From Ostreococcus lucimarinus (taxonomy: Eukaryota), in NCBI GenBank assembly GCA_000092065.1, contig CP000591.1: a DNA stretch of 64,000 nt, one strand, 5' to 3'. Shown here piece after piece: positions 40,649-49,049 of this stretch (position 1 is the first letter of the stretch; every line of letters begins with the position of its first letter). A program made the position numbers and the translations under genes. The notes under the pieces are model-generated. The model had not been told where the DNA came from, searched no databases, and saw only the letters and a list, made by a program, of their open reading frames with translations.

Positions 40649-40661
40649 ATGGGCGCCGCGC

Positions 40662-40723
<62 letters not shown>

Positions 40724-41467
40724 CCGCGCGACGCCGCGCGCGCGTCGTCGTCGCCGCCGGACGACGACGCGCCGACGCTCGCGCGCGCGCGCGAGGACGA
40801 CGCGACGCTGCGAACGAGCGAACCGTTGTTGACGCCGCGCGTGGCGCGCGCGCTGCGAGCGCGCGTCGAGCCGAGGGCGGGCGCGGTGACGTGGACGCGC
40901 GCGTTCGATTCGCGCGCGTGCGGATTGGCGAGTCTTCGTCGCGTCGTCGAGCGGTGCGCGGGCGTCGGACGCGCGCTCGTGCTCGTGCAACCCGAGGCGG
41001 CGGACGAGGCCGAGGCCGAGGACGAGGACGAGGCGTACTACGTCGCGCACGTCTCACCGGGTTTCCAAGCGAAGCCTCGGCACGATTTCCACGGCGACGA
41101 CGCGTGCAAGACGTTTCGCGTCGACGGAAAACGCGGCGTCGTCGTCGACACGTCCGGGGTCTCCGTCGCGCCGCTGTATTGCGCGTACGGCTACTCCCGA
41201 CACGGCGACGTCGTCAACGGGTTCGGGATGTTCGGTAAGATCGGGCGCCACGCCTTATTCGTGGACGCCGCCCTGGAAAACGCGCACGCGGACTTCGGCG
41301 CGCGTCGCTTCTCCGTGCGTCGCGTCGAAGTCTGGGCGCTTGAGGCGCGCGCGCCCGGAATCGACGCCGGCGCTTCGCCGCGCGCGGCGACGCGCGATCG
41401 AGCGACGATGGCGCAGTTTACGTCATCCGCGATCGCCCGCGACGTCCTCGACGCCACGACCGGCTGA
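40649..41467 (+). CDS. Hypothetical protein with N-terminal (SSP)8 repeat; its last 293 bp form the start of the 945-bp repeat R
   Basis: ATG at 40649 followed by (CCGTCGTCG)n encoding PSSPSSPSS.... C-terminal region ...RRFSVRRVEVWALEARAPG.... The ORF is continuous across the left boundary of repeat copy A (41175). Unknown family. Confidence 0.4.
40661..40726. repeat. 9-bp microsatellite (CCGTCGTCG)x7, coding (SSP)n on + and read as (ATT)n in the antisense UGM track ORF
   Basis: Directly visible tandem 9-mer. Confidence 0.85.
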
Positions 41468-41480
41468 CATCAAGACCGCG

Positions 41481-41655
41481 ACGGAACGTCGAGGAAAGAT
41501 CTCGTCGACGCGCTGTTTCGCGAGTGCGGCGGACCAGAAGGTGTGGGAGGCGCTGACGGATACGCGCGGCGTACGAGGCGACGTTCGCGGCGATTGAGGA
41601 CGCGCGTCGCGCGAGATAGATGATAGATTGATACTAGATAGATCTGATGCAGCTC
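41481..41655 (+). pseudogene. Pseudo-copy of the 3' end (last about 45 codons plus about 40 bp of 3' UTR) of the ENY2-like gene at 50492..50875, embedded in repeat R copy A
   Basis: CGTCGAGGAAAGATCTCGTCGACGCGCTGTTTC...GTGTGGGAGGCGCTGACGGATACGCG...GCGTCGCGCGAGATAGAT...AGATCTGATG matches 50705-50920, with an 18-bp deletion between GCGGAC repeats and a few substitutions. Out of context and not in an ORF with a start. Confidence 0.6.
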
Positions 41656-41663
41656 CTAGGCAG

Positions 41664-41684
41664 TCTCCTACGCGGTAGGAGACC
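41664..41684. other. Perfect 9-bp inverted repeat with 3-nt loop (GTCTCCTAC-GCG-GTAGGAGAC) hairpin
   Basis: Located exactly where homology to the 50.7-kb locus ends inside repeat R. Duplicated at 44101-44121. Confidence 0.7.
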
Positions 41685-41806
41685 TTGTTGTAACATACGA
41701 TGTACGACGGATCCAAAAAGTGCGAGCACGTCACCGTCGACGACCCGTCCTCGAGCGCGCGAGCGCGACGCGCCGTTTTCAGTGACAAAAAAGAATGGCA
41801 ACTTTG

Positions 41807-41993
41807 TTACCTCACCGGGATTCGAACCCGAGTCTGTTCGTGGAAGCGCGTGGCGTGTCCGTCAGTGTCGCGTTCACAATTTTTGGTGTCAACGTGTCCG
41901 TTCGCGTGTTCACGTGCGATGGGCGCGAAGATGCGTAGAATACGTACCTCTAGGGTGAAAGCCTAGCGTGATAACCATCTACACTATGAAGTA
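41807..41993 (-). tRNA. tRNA-like pol III gene (cloverleaf with anticodon UUC, Glu-like; Val-like D-arm) interrupted by a 115-nt insertion in the variable loop; within repeat R copy A
   Basis: Minus strand: TACTTCA-TA-GTGT-AGATGGTTA-TCAC-G-CTAGG-CTTTCAC-CCTAG-AG[GTACGT...115 nt...CAG]AC-TCGGG-TTCGAAT-CCCGG-TGAGGTA-A. All four stems pair; U33 and A37 are present. A-box TAGTGTAGATGG and B-box GGTTCGAATCC. T6 terminator 15 nt downstream (plus-strand A-run 41787-41792). The insert at 41834-41948 has GTACGT, ACTGAC and CAG. Confidence 0.45.
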
Positions 41994-42119
41994 CCGCTCG
42001 ACCCCGCAAGGGGCCGCAGCGATCGATCTCTCCGATGTTTCGGAGTTCACGGGATGTACTCATGTTTCAGCTCGTCCACACTTTCGTGTGGCTAGATAGA
42101 GATGTGTGCGGCTTGACAC

Positions 42120-42170
42120 GACGACGAGGTCGAACTCGCGGTCGCGAATCCGCGCGTCGCTCGCGACGCG
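42120..42170. pseudogene. 51-bp fragment copied from the 5' coding region of the UGM gene (40299-40349)
   Basis: GACGACGAGGTCGAACTCGCGGTCGCGAATCCGCGCGTCGCTCGCGACGC is identical except at the last base to the UGM segment encoding ..IRDREFDLVVV.. Sits immediately after repeat copy A. Confidence 0.6.
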
Positions 42171-42359
42171 GCGTCGTCGCGCGTCGTCGCTCGCGGGTGC
42201 GCGCGCGGCGCCATCACCGCGCGCCGCGAAGTGACGACGCCCGCGCCGCTCAGGAAAAATTTATATATCGCCCCTTTAGAGAGTACCTACACACATGACG
42301 AGTCATGAACCAAGGATGCGGGGAGATCTCGCCGTCGGCGCCACTCGTCGCCGCATACG

Positions 42360-43376
42360 ATGACCGATTCAGTCGCGCACGCCTCACCGACGTGGAGAAC
42401 GTACTCATTAGACCCGTCGCTGCAACCGGACTGGATGAACGGCACGGCGGAGGTAGAGGCGGTCAAAACAGCGGAGGATGAACTCGAGCGCTCGTACAAG
42501 AACAAGCCATTCTTCAAGAACACAAGCTACGAGGCATTCGCCAGAAAACGAGGCGAGTATGATAAACCGACGCCCGACGGCCTCGAGGAGTTCAAGCGTC
42601 TCCTACGGGCGAGTTATCTTCGCACCGTAGAGCGCATCGATGAAGATACCCAAGTTCTGGAAGCCCAGCTACAAGACGAGAATATCTCTGAAACGCGACG
42701 GTCGGTTATCCCGCAGCACATCGAGGACACTCGTGCGAAATTAAAAGAGCAAGACAATTCATTGAACGCGCTGTGCGCCGATGTGGATGCGGTTATCGCA
42801 GATTTGAAAGGCTTGCCCGATAAAATTGCCGACATAAAAGAACACGCCTCTGAACAACTTCAGCAACACAAAAGAAAAAGAACCAGTATATCTTTGGAAC
42901 GCAACCTCGAGGAGCTGAGCGATGCGCTGCGCAGCTACGAGGCGAAAAAAGAACAGGAGAGGCTCACAATTACCGATTATCGTGGGAAATATGGGTCATG
43001 TCCATCCCAGTATGTTCGCCAGACCGCCTGGGCACGCAGACCTTCTGGTCGTGAAGAAATTAGCTTCATTGTTCATCCTGTGGGTGTCATTGGCTGCGAT
43101 GGCAGTAACCTGAGCGTTGATGGACGTGTTTCGATTGATGGTTATGGTGAGTTTAACGTACCAAAATGGCAGCCTGAATGGGGACCTGAGAAGCAAATGT
43201 GTGCGTGCGAATGCTTCCAAGAGTGGTACAAAGTCGACGCCCAAGACCTTCTTTACAGCGCGCTTCGTGGCGTAGAGGGCGCGCTAAAGGCGCTCAGTGG
43301 TTCGGGAGATGACACGTCTTCGCTTCGACGGCGCTTGGGCGATGCCAATTTGGACGAAGCAAGCACGGGGAGTTAA
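42360..43376 (+). CDS. Orphan 338-aa ORF with atypical (lower-GC) codon usage, central coiled-coil-like region, Cys/Trp-rich C-terminal part
   Basis: ATG at 42360, uninterrupted 1017 nt in a region where lower GC makes chance ORFs of this length unlikely. No recognisable domain. Confidence 0.5.
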   Translation: MTDSVAHASPTWRTYSLDPSLQPDWMNGTAEVEAVKTAEDELERSYKNKPFFKNTSYEAFARKRGEYDKPTPDGLEEFKRLLRASYLRTVERIDEDTQVLEAQLQDENISETRRSVIPQHIEDTRAKLKEQDNSLNALCADVDAVIADLKGLPDKIADIKEHASEQLQQHKRKRTSISLERNLEELSDALRSYEAKKEQERLTITDYRGKYGSCPSQYVRQTAWARRPSGREEISFIVHPVGVIGCDGSNLSVDGRVSIDGYGEFNVPKWQPEWGPEKQMCACECFQEWYKVDAQDLLYSALRGVEGALKALSGSGDDTSSLRRRLGDANLDEASTGS

Positions 43377-43410
43377 TATATGTGGACGTATATTTTGTTG
43401 TCCACGAATG

Positions 43411-43437
<27 letters not shown>

Positions 43438-43447
<10 letters not shown>

Positions 43448-43611
43448 CGCCTCCAGTCTCGACACAGTATCACTGAGTTCACTGCGAAGTTCGTCGATTT
43501 GCTGATCTCTCGAGGCAACGGCGGCCTCTAAATCGGCGATTTGAGCGTCGTGCTCGACGATTCTTTCGTGCAGCTCCTGGTTTGACTTGACGAGCACAGG
43601 AATGATTTGAG
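43438..43611 (-). pseudogene. 5'-truncated minus-strand ORF remnant (coiled-coil-like ...ELHERIVEHDAQIADLEAAVASRDQQIDELRSELSDTVSRLEAVESG*) cut off by the boundary of repeat copy B
   Basis: Open frame ends with TAG at 43438-43440 (plus-strand CTA) and runs without a start into the R boundary at 43611/43612. Low-GC composition like the adjacent ORF. Confidence 0.35.
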
Positions 43612-44556
43612 TGTATTGCGCGTACGGCTACTCCCGACACGGCGACGTCGTCAACGGGTTCGGGATGTTCGGTAAGATCGGGCGCCACGCCTTATTCGTG
43701 GACGCCGCCCTGGAAAACGCGCACGCGGACTTCGGCGCGCGTCGCTTCTCCGTGCGTCGCGTCGAAGTCTGGGCGCTTGAGGCGCGCGCGCCCGGAATCG
43801 ACGCCGGCGCTTCGCCGCGCGCGGCGACGCGCGATCGAGCGACGATGGCGCAGTTTACGTCATCCGCGATCGCCCGCGACGTCCTCGACGCCACGACCGG
43901 CTGACATCAAGACCGCGACGGAACGTCGAGGAAAGATCTCGTCGACGCGCTGTTTCGCGAGTGCGGCGGACCAGAAGGTGTGGGAGGCGCTGACGGATAC
44001 GCGCGGCGTACGAGGCGACGTTCGCGGCGATTGAGGACGCGCGTCGCGCGAGATAGATGATAGATTGATACTAGATAGATCTGATGCAGCTCCTAGGCAG
44101 TCTCCTACGCGGTAGGAGACCTTGTTGTAACATACGATGTACGACGGATCCAAAAAGTGCGAGCACGTCACCGTCGACGACCCGTCCTCGAGCGCGCGAG
44201 CGCGACGCGCCGTTTTCAGTGACAAAAAAGAATGGCAACTTTGTTACCTCACCGGGATTCGAACCCGAGTCTGTTCGTGGAAGCGCGTGGCGTGTCCGTC
44301 AGTGTCGCGTTCACAATTTTTGGTGTCAACGTGTCCGTTCGCGTGTTCACGTGCGATGGGCGCGAAGATGCGTAGAATACGTACCTCTAGGGTGAAAGCC
44401 TAGCGTGATAACCATCTACACTATGAAGTACCGCTCGACCCCGCAAGGGGCCGCAGCGATCGATCTCTCCGATGTTTCGGAGTTCACGGGATGTACTCAT
44501 GTTTCAGCTCGTCCACACTTTCGTGTGGCTAGATAGAGATGTGTGCGGCTTGACAC
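43612..44556. repeat. 945-bp direct repeat R, copy B (duplicate)
   Basis: See copy A. Ends 144 bp upstream of the USP39 start codon. Confidence 0.9.
44244..44430 (-). tRNA. Second copy of the tRNA-like gene with 115-nt insertion (in repeat R copy B)
   Basis: Identical to 41807-41993 shifted by 2437 bp. Confidence 0.45.
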
Positions 44557-44700
44557 CGCACATCTGATGAATGACTGTGCGCTAAACTTTTTCACCCAGA
44601 AATCGCGTCGACGGACGCGCGAATGTTACGGTCGGGCGTGACGTGTTTTCGCACGCCGCGCGCCGCGCGTCGTCGCGTTCGTCGCATTCCGCACTTCGCG

Positions 44701-46101
44701 ATGCCGCCGCGAAAGCGCGCGCGCGAGGCTTCGGGCGACCCGGTCGAAACAGAGGAGGGTTCAGCGCGCGCTCGGGATTCGACCGAACCGCCGTCGACCA
44801 CCGCGCCGTCGGCGCCGTGCCCGTACCTGGACACGGTGAACCTCGCGAACCTGGATTTTGACTTTGAGAAGCGGTGCGCGGTGTCGCTGTCGCCCGTGCA
44901 CGTGTACGCGTGCTTGGTCTGCGGCAAGTACTTCGCGGGACGAGGAAAGAAGACGCACGCGTACGCGCACGCGCTGGAGTGCGGACATCACGTGTTCATG
45001 CGCCTGGCCGACGGCGCGGCGTGGTGCCTGCCGGATGGGTACGAGGTGGTGGACGAAGGGACGACGCTGTCGAGGATTCGAGACGTGCTCGCGCCGACGT
45101 ACGCGAAAAAGTACGTGGAGGAAGAGATCGAGGGCGCGCGACCGATGTGGCGGCGCGCGCTGGACGGCACGGAGTTTCTCGTCGGCGTCGTCGGATTGAA
45201 CGCGATTTGGAGCAAACGCGACGACGGCGTGAGCGCGGTGCTGCAATCGCTGAACAGAGTGGCGCCGCTGCGGCGCGCGCTGTTGCTCGACGACGCGAGG
45301 GAACGCGAGGACGTCTATCGCGCCTTGGCGGACATCACGAAGAAGATTTGGAACGCGCGAAATTTTAAAGGTCACTCGAGCCCGCACGAGTTCATGCAAG
45401 CGGTTCGAAATCGATCGAAAGACGCGTTCGGCGCGGAGACGGGGAACCACGACGCCGCGCAGTTCTTGCGTTGGTTGCTCAACGAATTGATTCGCGACGA
45501 AAAGAAACGCGGCGAAAAGCGATCCGTCATTCAGTCGTGTTTCCAGGGAGAAGTGGAAATCATCGACGATTCGTCCGCGTCGCGCGCGTCGCCGTTCCTC
45601 ATGCTCTCGATGGACCTCCCGAACGCGCCGCTGTTTCAAGACGTCATGGAGAAGAACATCATCCCGCAAGTCTCCCTCGAGCGCGCGCTGCTGAAGAAAT
45701 TCGACGGCGTCACCGCGGACCCCAAGACGCGGCGCAGGTTCAAGATCACCAAGCTCCCAAACTACTTGATCGTGAATTATTCGCGCTTCACCAAGAACAA
45801 CTTCTTCGTCGAAAAGAACCCGACCATCGTGACGTTTCCGACGCGGGGGCTGAACCTCGCCGATCACATCCCGGTGCCGAGAGGGGACGAAAATTCGGCG
45901 ACGTACGATTTGATCGCCAACATCGTGCACGACGGCGCGCCCGACGACGGGTCGTATCGCGCCATGGTGTACCACGCGCCGGATAAAAATTGGTACGAGA
46001 CGCAGGATTTGCGCGTCGCCGAGGTGTTGCCGCAACAAGTCAACCTCACGGAGACGTACGTGCAGATTTACGAGCGTCGAGACAAGCGACGAGACGCGTA
46101 G
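44701..46101 (+). CDS. USP39: USP39/Sad1 (U4/U6.U5 tri-snRNP-associated protein 2; zinc-finger UBP plus inactive UCH domain)
   Basis: CPYLDTVNLANLDFDFEKRCAVSLSPVHVYACLVCGKYFAGRGKKTHAYAHALECGHHVFMRL matches the USP39 ZnF-UBP block. UCH-like domain follows. ATG at 44701. Confidence 0.85.
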   Translation: MPPRKRAREASGDPVETEEGSARARDSTEPPSTTAPSAPCPYLDTVNLANLDFDFEKRCAVSLSPVHVYACLVCGKYFAGRGKKTHAYAHALECGHHVFMRLADGAAWCLPDGYEVVDEGTTLSRIRDVLAPTYAKKYVEEEIEGARPMWRRALDGTEFLVGVVGLNAIWSKRDDGVSAVLQSLNRVAPLRRALLLDDAREREDVYRALADITKKIWNARNFKGHSSPHEFMQAVRNRSKDAFGAETGNHDAAQFLRWLLNELIRDEKKRGEKRSVIQSCFQGEVEIIDDSSASRASPFLMLSMDLPNAPLFQDVMEKNIIPQVSLERALLKKFDGVTADPKTRRRFKITKLPNYLIVNYSRFTKNNFFVEKNPTIVTFPTRGLNLADHIPVPRGDENSATYDLIANIVHDGAPDDGSYRAMVYHAPDKNWYETQDLRVAEVLPQQVNLTETYVQIYERRDKRRDA

Positions 46102-46202
46102 GACTCGAAAACCACATTTAGAATAATAATAGAAAACAAACGTCTCGCGATGACGAATACAACGAATACAAATACAATACACACGTCGCGCGTCGACGGA
46201 CG

Positions 46203-46216
46203 CTAATCGCCCTCGC

Positions 46217-46247
<31 letters not shown>

Positions 46248-46985
46248 CCACCCGAGCGCTTCCATCGCGTTCGCGAGCTCCGCCTCGAGCACGGGCGCGT
46301 CCGCCGCGCGCGCCGCCGCGCTGTTCTCCACCGTCGCGTGATCCACCGCGCTCCGCATCGAATACATCACCCGCCACTCCAACGCCCAAGCGTCCACGGG
46401 TCCGAACGACCGCGAGTCCTCGTGTCTCCCCGCGCTCTTCGCCGAATCCGTCTCCGCGTCCGCGTCCGCCGTCACCCACGCGTGATCCTTCGGCACCACG
46501 TACACGCTCGCGTTCGCCGCGTCCACGAGTTCGTCGCCCTCCGTCGCGCTCACGCGTCGTATCAGCGTTCGCGTCGCGTCGCTCGGGTGCGCGAACGCCA
46601 CCACGTCCCCGATCGCGGCGCTCCGAAACGGGTGCGCCAGCCTTCGCGCGAGCACGTACTCCGTCCCGGATCCTCCTCGCGCGCTCGACGGTCCCGGCGC
46701 GTCGCGCGCGCCGCCGCGCAGCGTCGGCGTCATCGCGTCGCCGCGAAACGCGAACACGCGCGTCATCGCGTCCTCGCCGATCGCGCGCACCGCCTCGGCG
46801 AGCGGCGCGCGCGGCGCGCGCGGCGCCGTCGTCGGGTCGTCGTCGTCGTCGTCGTCGTCGTCGACGTCGCGCGAGCGCGCGGTCGCGGCGACGGGGCGCG
46901 CGGCGGCGGACGACGCGGCGACGAGGGCGGGGACGAAGAGCGTCATGATTCGCTCCCAGTGGTACGACAGGCGGAGGGCGCCCAT
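46203..46985 (-). CDS. Mitochondrial inner-membrane peptidase subunit (IMP1/IMP2-like, signal peptidase S26 family)
   Basis: S26 boxes GDAMTPTL (catalytic Ser), GDVVAFAHP, LIRRVSATEGDELV (catalytic Lys region), VPKDHAWVTADA, RSFGPV. ATG at 46985. Contains a (GTC)n-encoded poly-Asp run and a GE-rich tail. Confidence 0.7.
46836..46863. repeat. (GTC)9 microsatellite encoding poly-Asp within the IMP-like gene
   Basis: Visible trinucleotide run. Confidence 0.8.
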
Positions 46986-47115
46986 GACGGGCGTCGGCGC
47001 GTCGACGAGTGGCGCGGGCGCGGCGCGAGCGGGCTCGATCGGCGCGTACCGCTGTCTGTGAAACGTGGCTAATGATTCGCGACGATCTCGAACGTCGAGT
47101 CCTAAACGCTAGGTT

Positions 47116-48915
47116 TTAATTCGCGGTTTCGTCCGCCGTCGCGTCGATCGCGCGATCCTCGATGCGCTTTTCGCGGCGATTCCACTGGGCGCGGTCGCGC
47201 GCGGCGAGGAGCAAAGGTATCTCCGGCGGAACGGGCGCGTCGCGCCTGACGAAGCAATCGCCCATGAACTCTTTCTCTTGTTCGTCTTTGCACGACACGC
47301 GCTGGAGGAAATCGAGCGGTGATCGCGGCACGCCGGTTTCGTGGTGCTTCGAGCGAAACCGCGCGGCTTCGATGTAGGCGCCAAAGTCGCCGTGTTTGAC
47401 GCCGAGAAGATCGGCGTCGGAGGAGCATCCGCCCATTTTATCGGCTTTGGGGAACACGGTGGGGCCTTTGGCGAGCACCGCGCACAGGCCAACCTTGATG
47501 TCCGTGCTTTGCACTCGCAAGAGCTTGCGGAAGCCGGGAGACCACGTGCTCGGATGATCGTACCGCCAACTCGTGTACTCGTTGTACCTCGACTCATCGC
47601 TCGCGATCGCCTCGAGCTCGGCCGCGAGCGCCTCGAAGCTATCGTAGTCGCGCAAATCAATGTATGATTTCTTCGTCGGCATGAGCTCGGTGAACGAATC
47701 GTGACCAGTGTATATCGGAATCGAGCCGCGGGCGAGCGCCATCCACACCTTCTCCGTCATGTACCCTTGGCACATCGGTGCGTTCTCCACGGCGAAATAA
47801 AACATGTAGCGCGCCATCTTACTCTGATACTCCAGGTTTTCCACCCCGCGGCCGGGCAAGTTGCGCGGCAAGTGGTAGTTATTGAAGCAATTCCCCATGG
47901 AAAACGTCGGAAAGTGTTCGGCGAGACCGACGACGATGCCGGGTCGCGGAGGAAGGCAATCGATGGCGATCCAAGCCACCGCGGGAATCCTCTCCGAGTG
48001 AGGAATCGTGTACGCGGGGAAATCTTCCGCCATCGAATCCAGCGACGGGCCGAACGGCCACCAAATAGCCGACCGTTTCTGATCGAAATACCCGACGTAA
48101 TCGAACTCTCTGACGACTTTCGGGTTTTGCAAATCCTTCCCAAAAGTCGCCACGGCTTCGTGCGCCATGTACACGTCCACCTGACCCGGGTCTATCTTTG
48201 CAGGTTTCGCGTACGAACCGTCTTTCCCTTTATTCTTGCCGCGCCACAAGTACCCCGATTGACTAAACACTCTCACGTCGGCTCTCTTGTCGCCGTCGCA
48301 TCCGATGACGACCTTCTCCACGCACGCGCCGGGAGTGAACAACCTTCCGAACCCTTTCACGTAGGTCGAGTCCCAGGCATCCGCCGGCATGTCCACGCAC
48401 ATCGTGAACCCGGTCTCCGAGCGCGTCACCGCCGGCGCGTGCGCGTACGACGACACGTCGACGTCGGCGTCGTAGCCTCGAAACGCGTCCGGCAGATACG
48501 CGTGCCGAATCGGATCCAACGCCGCCGCCACCGCGAGCTGATCCACCTTCCCGTGCGCGTTCCTGTAGTACGCCTGCGCGATCATCGCCTTCCGAGTCGC
48601 CCTCGCGTCGCCGAGCTTCGCCGCGCTCGCGCCGAGACCGCCGTCTCGCGTCGCCGCCGCCGCCGCGCCGATCGCCGCGCACGCCGCCAGCGCGCCCGCC
48701 CCGACCCGCGCCCGCGTCCACCGTCCGCCGCGCCTCGCGTCGCCGGCGTCGCCGCCGCCGCCGTCGCCTCGCGCGCGCGTCGCGTTCGCCGTCGTCGTCG
48801 TCGCGCGCTCGACGTCGTCGAGGTGTTGACGCCATCCTTCGTCATCCGTCGCCGTCGCGCGCGCGCGCGTCAGCAGGGACGCGCGCTCGGCGCTCGCCGT
48901 CGACGCCGTCGGCAT
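47116..48915 (-). CDS. Alpha-1,3/4-fucosyltransferase (glycosyltransferase family GT10), type II membrane topology
   Basis: GT10 signature YMFYFAVENAPMCQGYMTEKVWMALARGSIPIY (compare YKFYLAFENS..DYITEKLW). N-terminal Ala/Gly-rich hydrophobic anchor. ATG at 48915. Confidence 0.8.
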   Translation of the reverse strand: MPTASTASAERASLLTRARATATDDEGWRQHLDDVERATTTTANATRARGDGGGGDAGDARRGGRWTRARVGAGALAACAAIGAAAAATRDGGLGASAAKLGDARATRKAMIAQAYYRNAHGKVDQLAVAAALDPIRHAYLPDAFRGYDADVDVSSYAHAPAVTRSETGFTMCVDMPADAWDSTYVKGFGRLFTPGACVEKVVIGCDGDKRADVRVFSQSGYLWRGKNKGKDGSYAKPAKIDPGQVDVYMAHEAVATFGKDLQNPKVVREFDYVGYFDQKRSAIWWPFGPSLDSMAEDFPAYTIPHSERIPAVAWIAIDCLPPRPGIVVGLAEHFPTFSMGNCFNNYHLPRNLPGRGVENLEYQSKMARYMFYFAVENAPMCQGYMTEKVWMALARGSIPIYTGHDSFTELMPTKKSYIDLRDYDSFEALAAELEAIASDESRYNEYTSWRYDHPSTWSPGFRKLLRVQSTDIKVGLCAVLAKGPTVFPKADKMGGCSSDADLLGVKHGDFGAYIEAARFRSKHHETGVPRSPLDFLQRVSCKDEQEKEFMGDCFVRRDAPVPPEIPLLLAARDRAQWNRREKRIEDRAIDATADETAN

Positions 48916-49049
48916 CGCGCGTCCGACGCGCGCGTCCGTCGCGACGCGCGACGCGTCGTCGTGTGTCGTTCGGTCGCGACGACCGACGAAGGGTGTTGAC
49001 GCGCCAAAGCTCTAAACCCTACATCGCCGCGCGCGGCGGCGCCTCGCGC

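Larger units (their letters stand above)
41175..42119. repeat. 945-bp direct repeat R, copy A (native copy; begins inside the 3' end of gene 40649..41467)
   Basis: Sequence TGTATTGCGCGTACGG...GGCTTGACAC recurs at 43612-44556, an exact offset of 2437 bp. All overlapping six-frame ORFs translate identically in both copies. Confidence 0.9.
42120..43611. other. 1.5-kb lower-GC segment (about 50% GC vs about 67% in flanks) enclosed by the two R copies
   Basis: Composition and codon usage (AAA, GAA, ATT, TAT frequent) differ visibly from the rest of the window. Confidence 0.7.

Noticed and set aside
39069-41057. Track ORF 39069..41057 giving UGM a 200-aa N-terminal extension with (TTA)n-like TTATTATT repeats
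   Set aside because: That extension is the antisense reading of the (CCGTCGTCG)n microsatellite of the neighbouring plus-strand gene and is Arg-rich junk. The conserved UGM FAD-binding N-terminus starts right after the ATG at 40433.
41175-44556. Interpreting R-I-R as an LTR retrotransposon (R begins TG and ends CA)
   Set aside because: There is no target-site duplication, no tRNA-complementary primer-binding site after the left repeat, and no polypurine tract before the right repeat. The interior encodes no gag/pol-like protein. The left repeat boundary lies inside an intact host ORF, so the repeat is not a discrete inserted LTR. A segmental duplication or template-switch origin is favoured.
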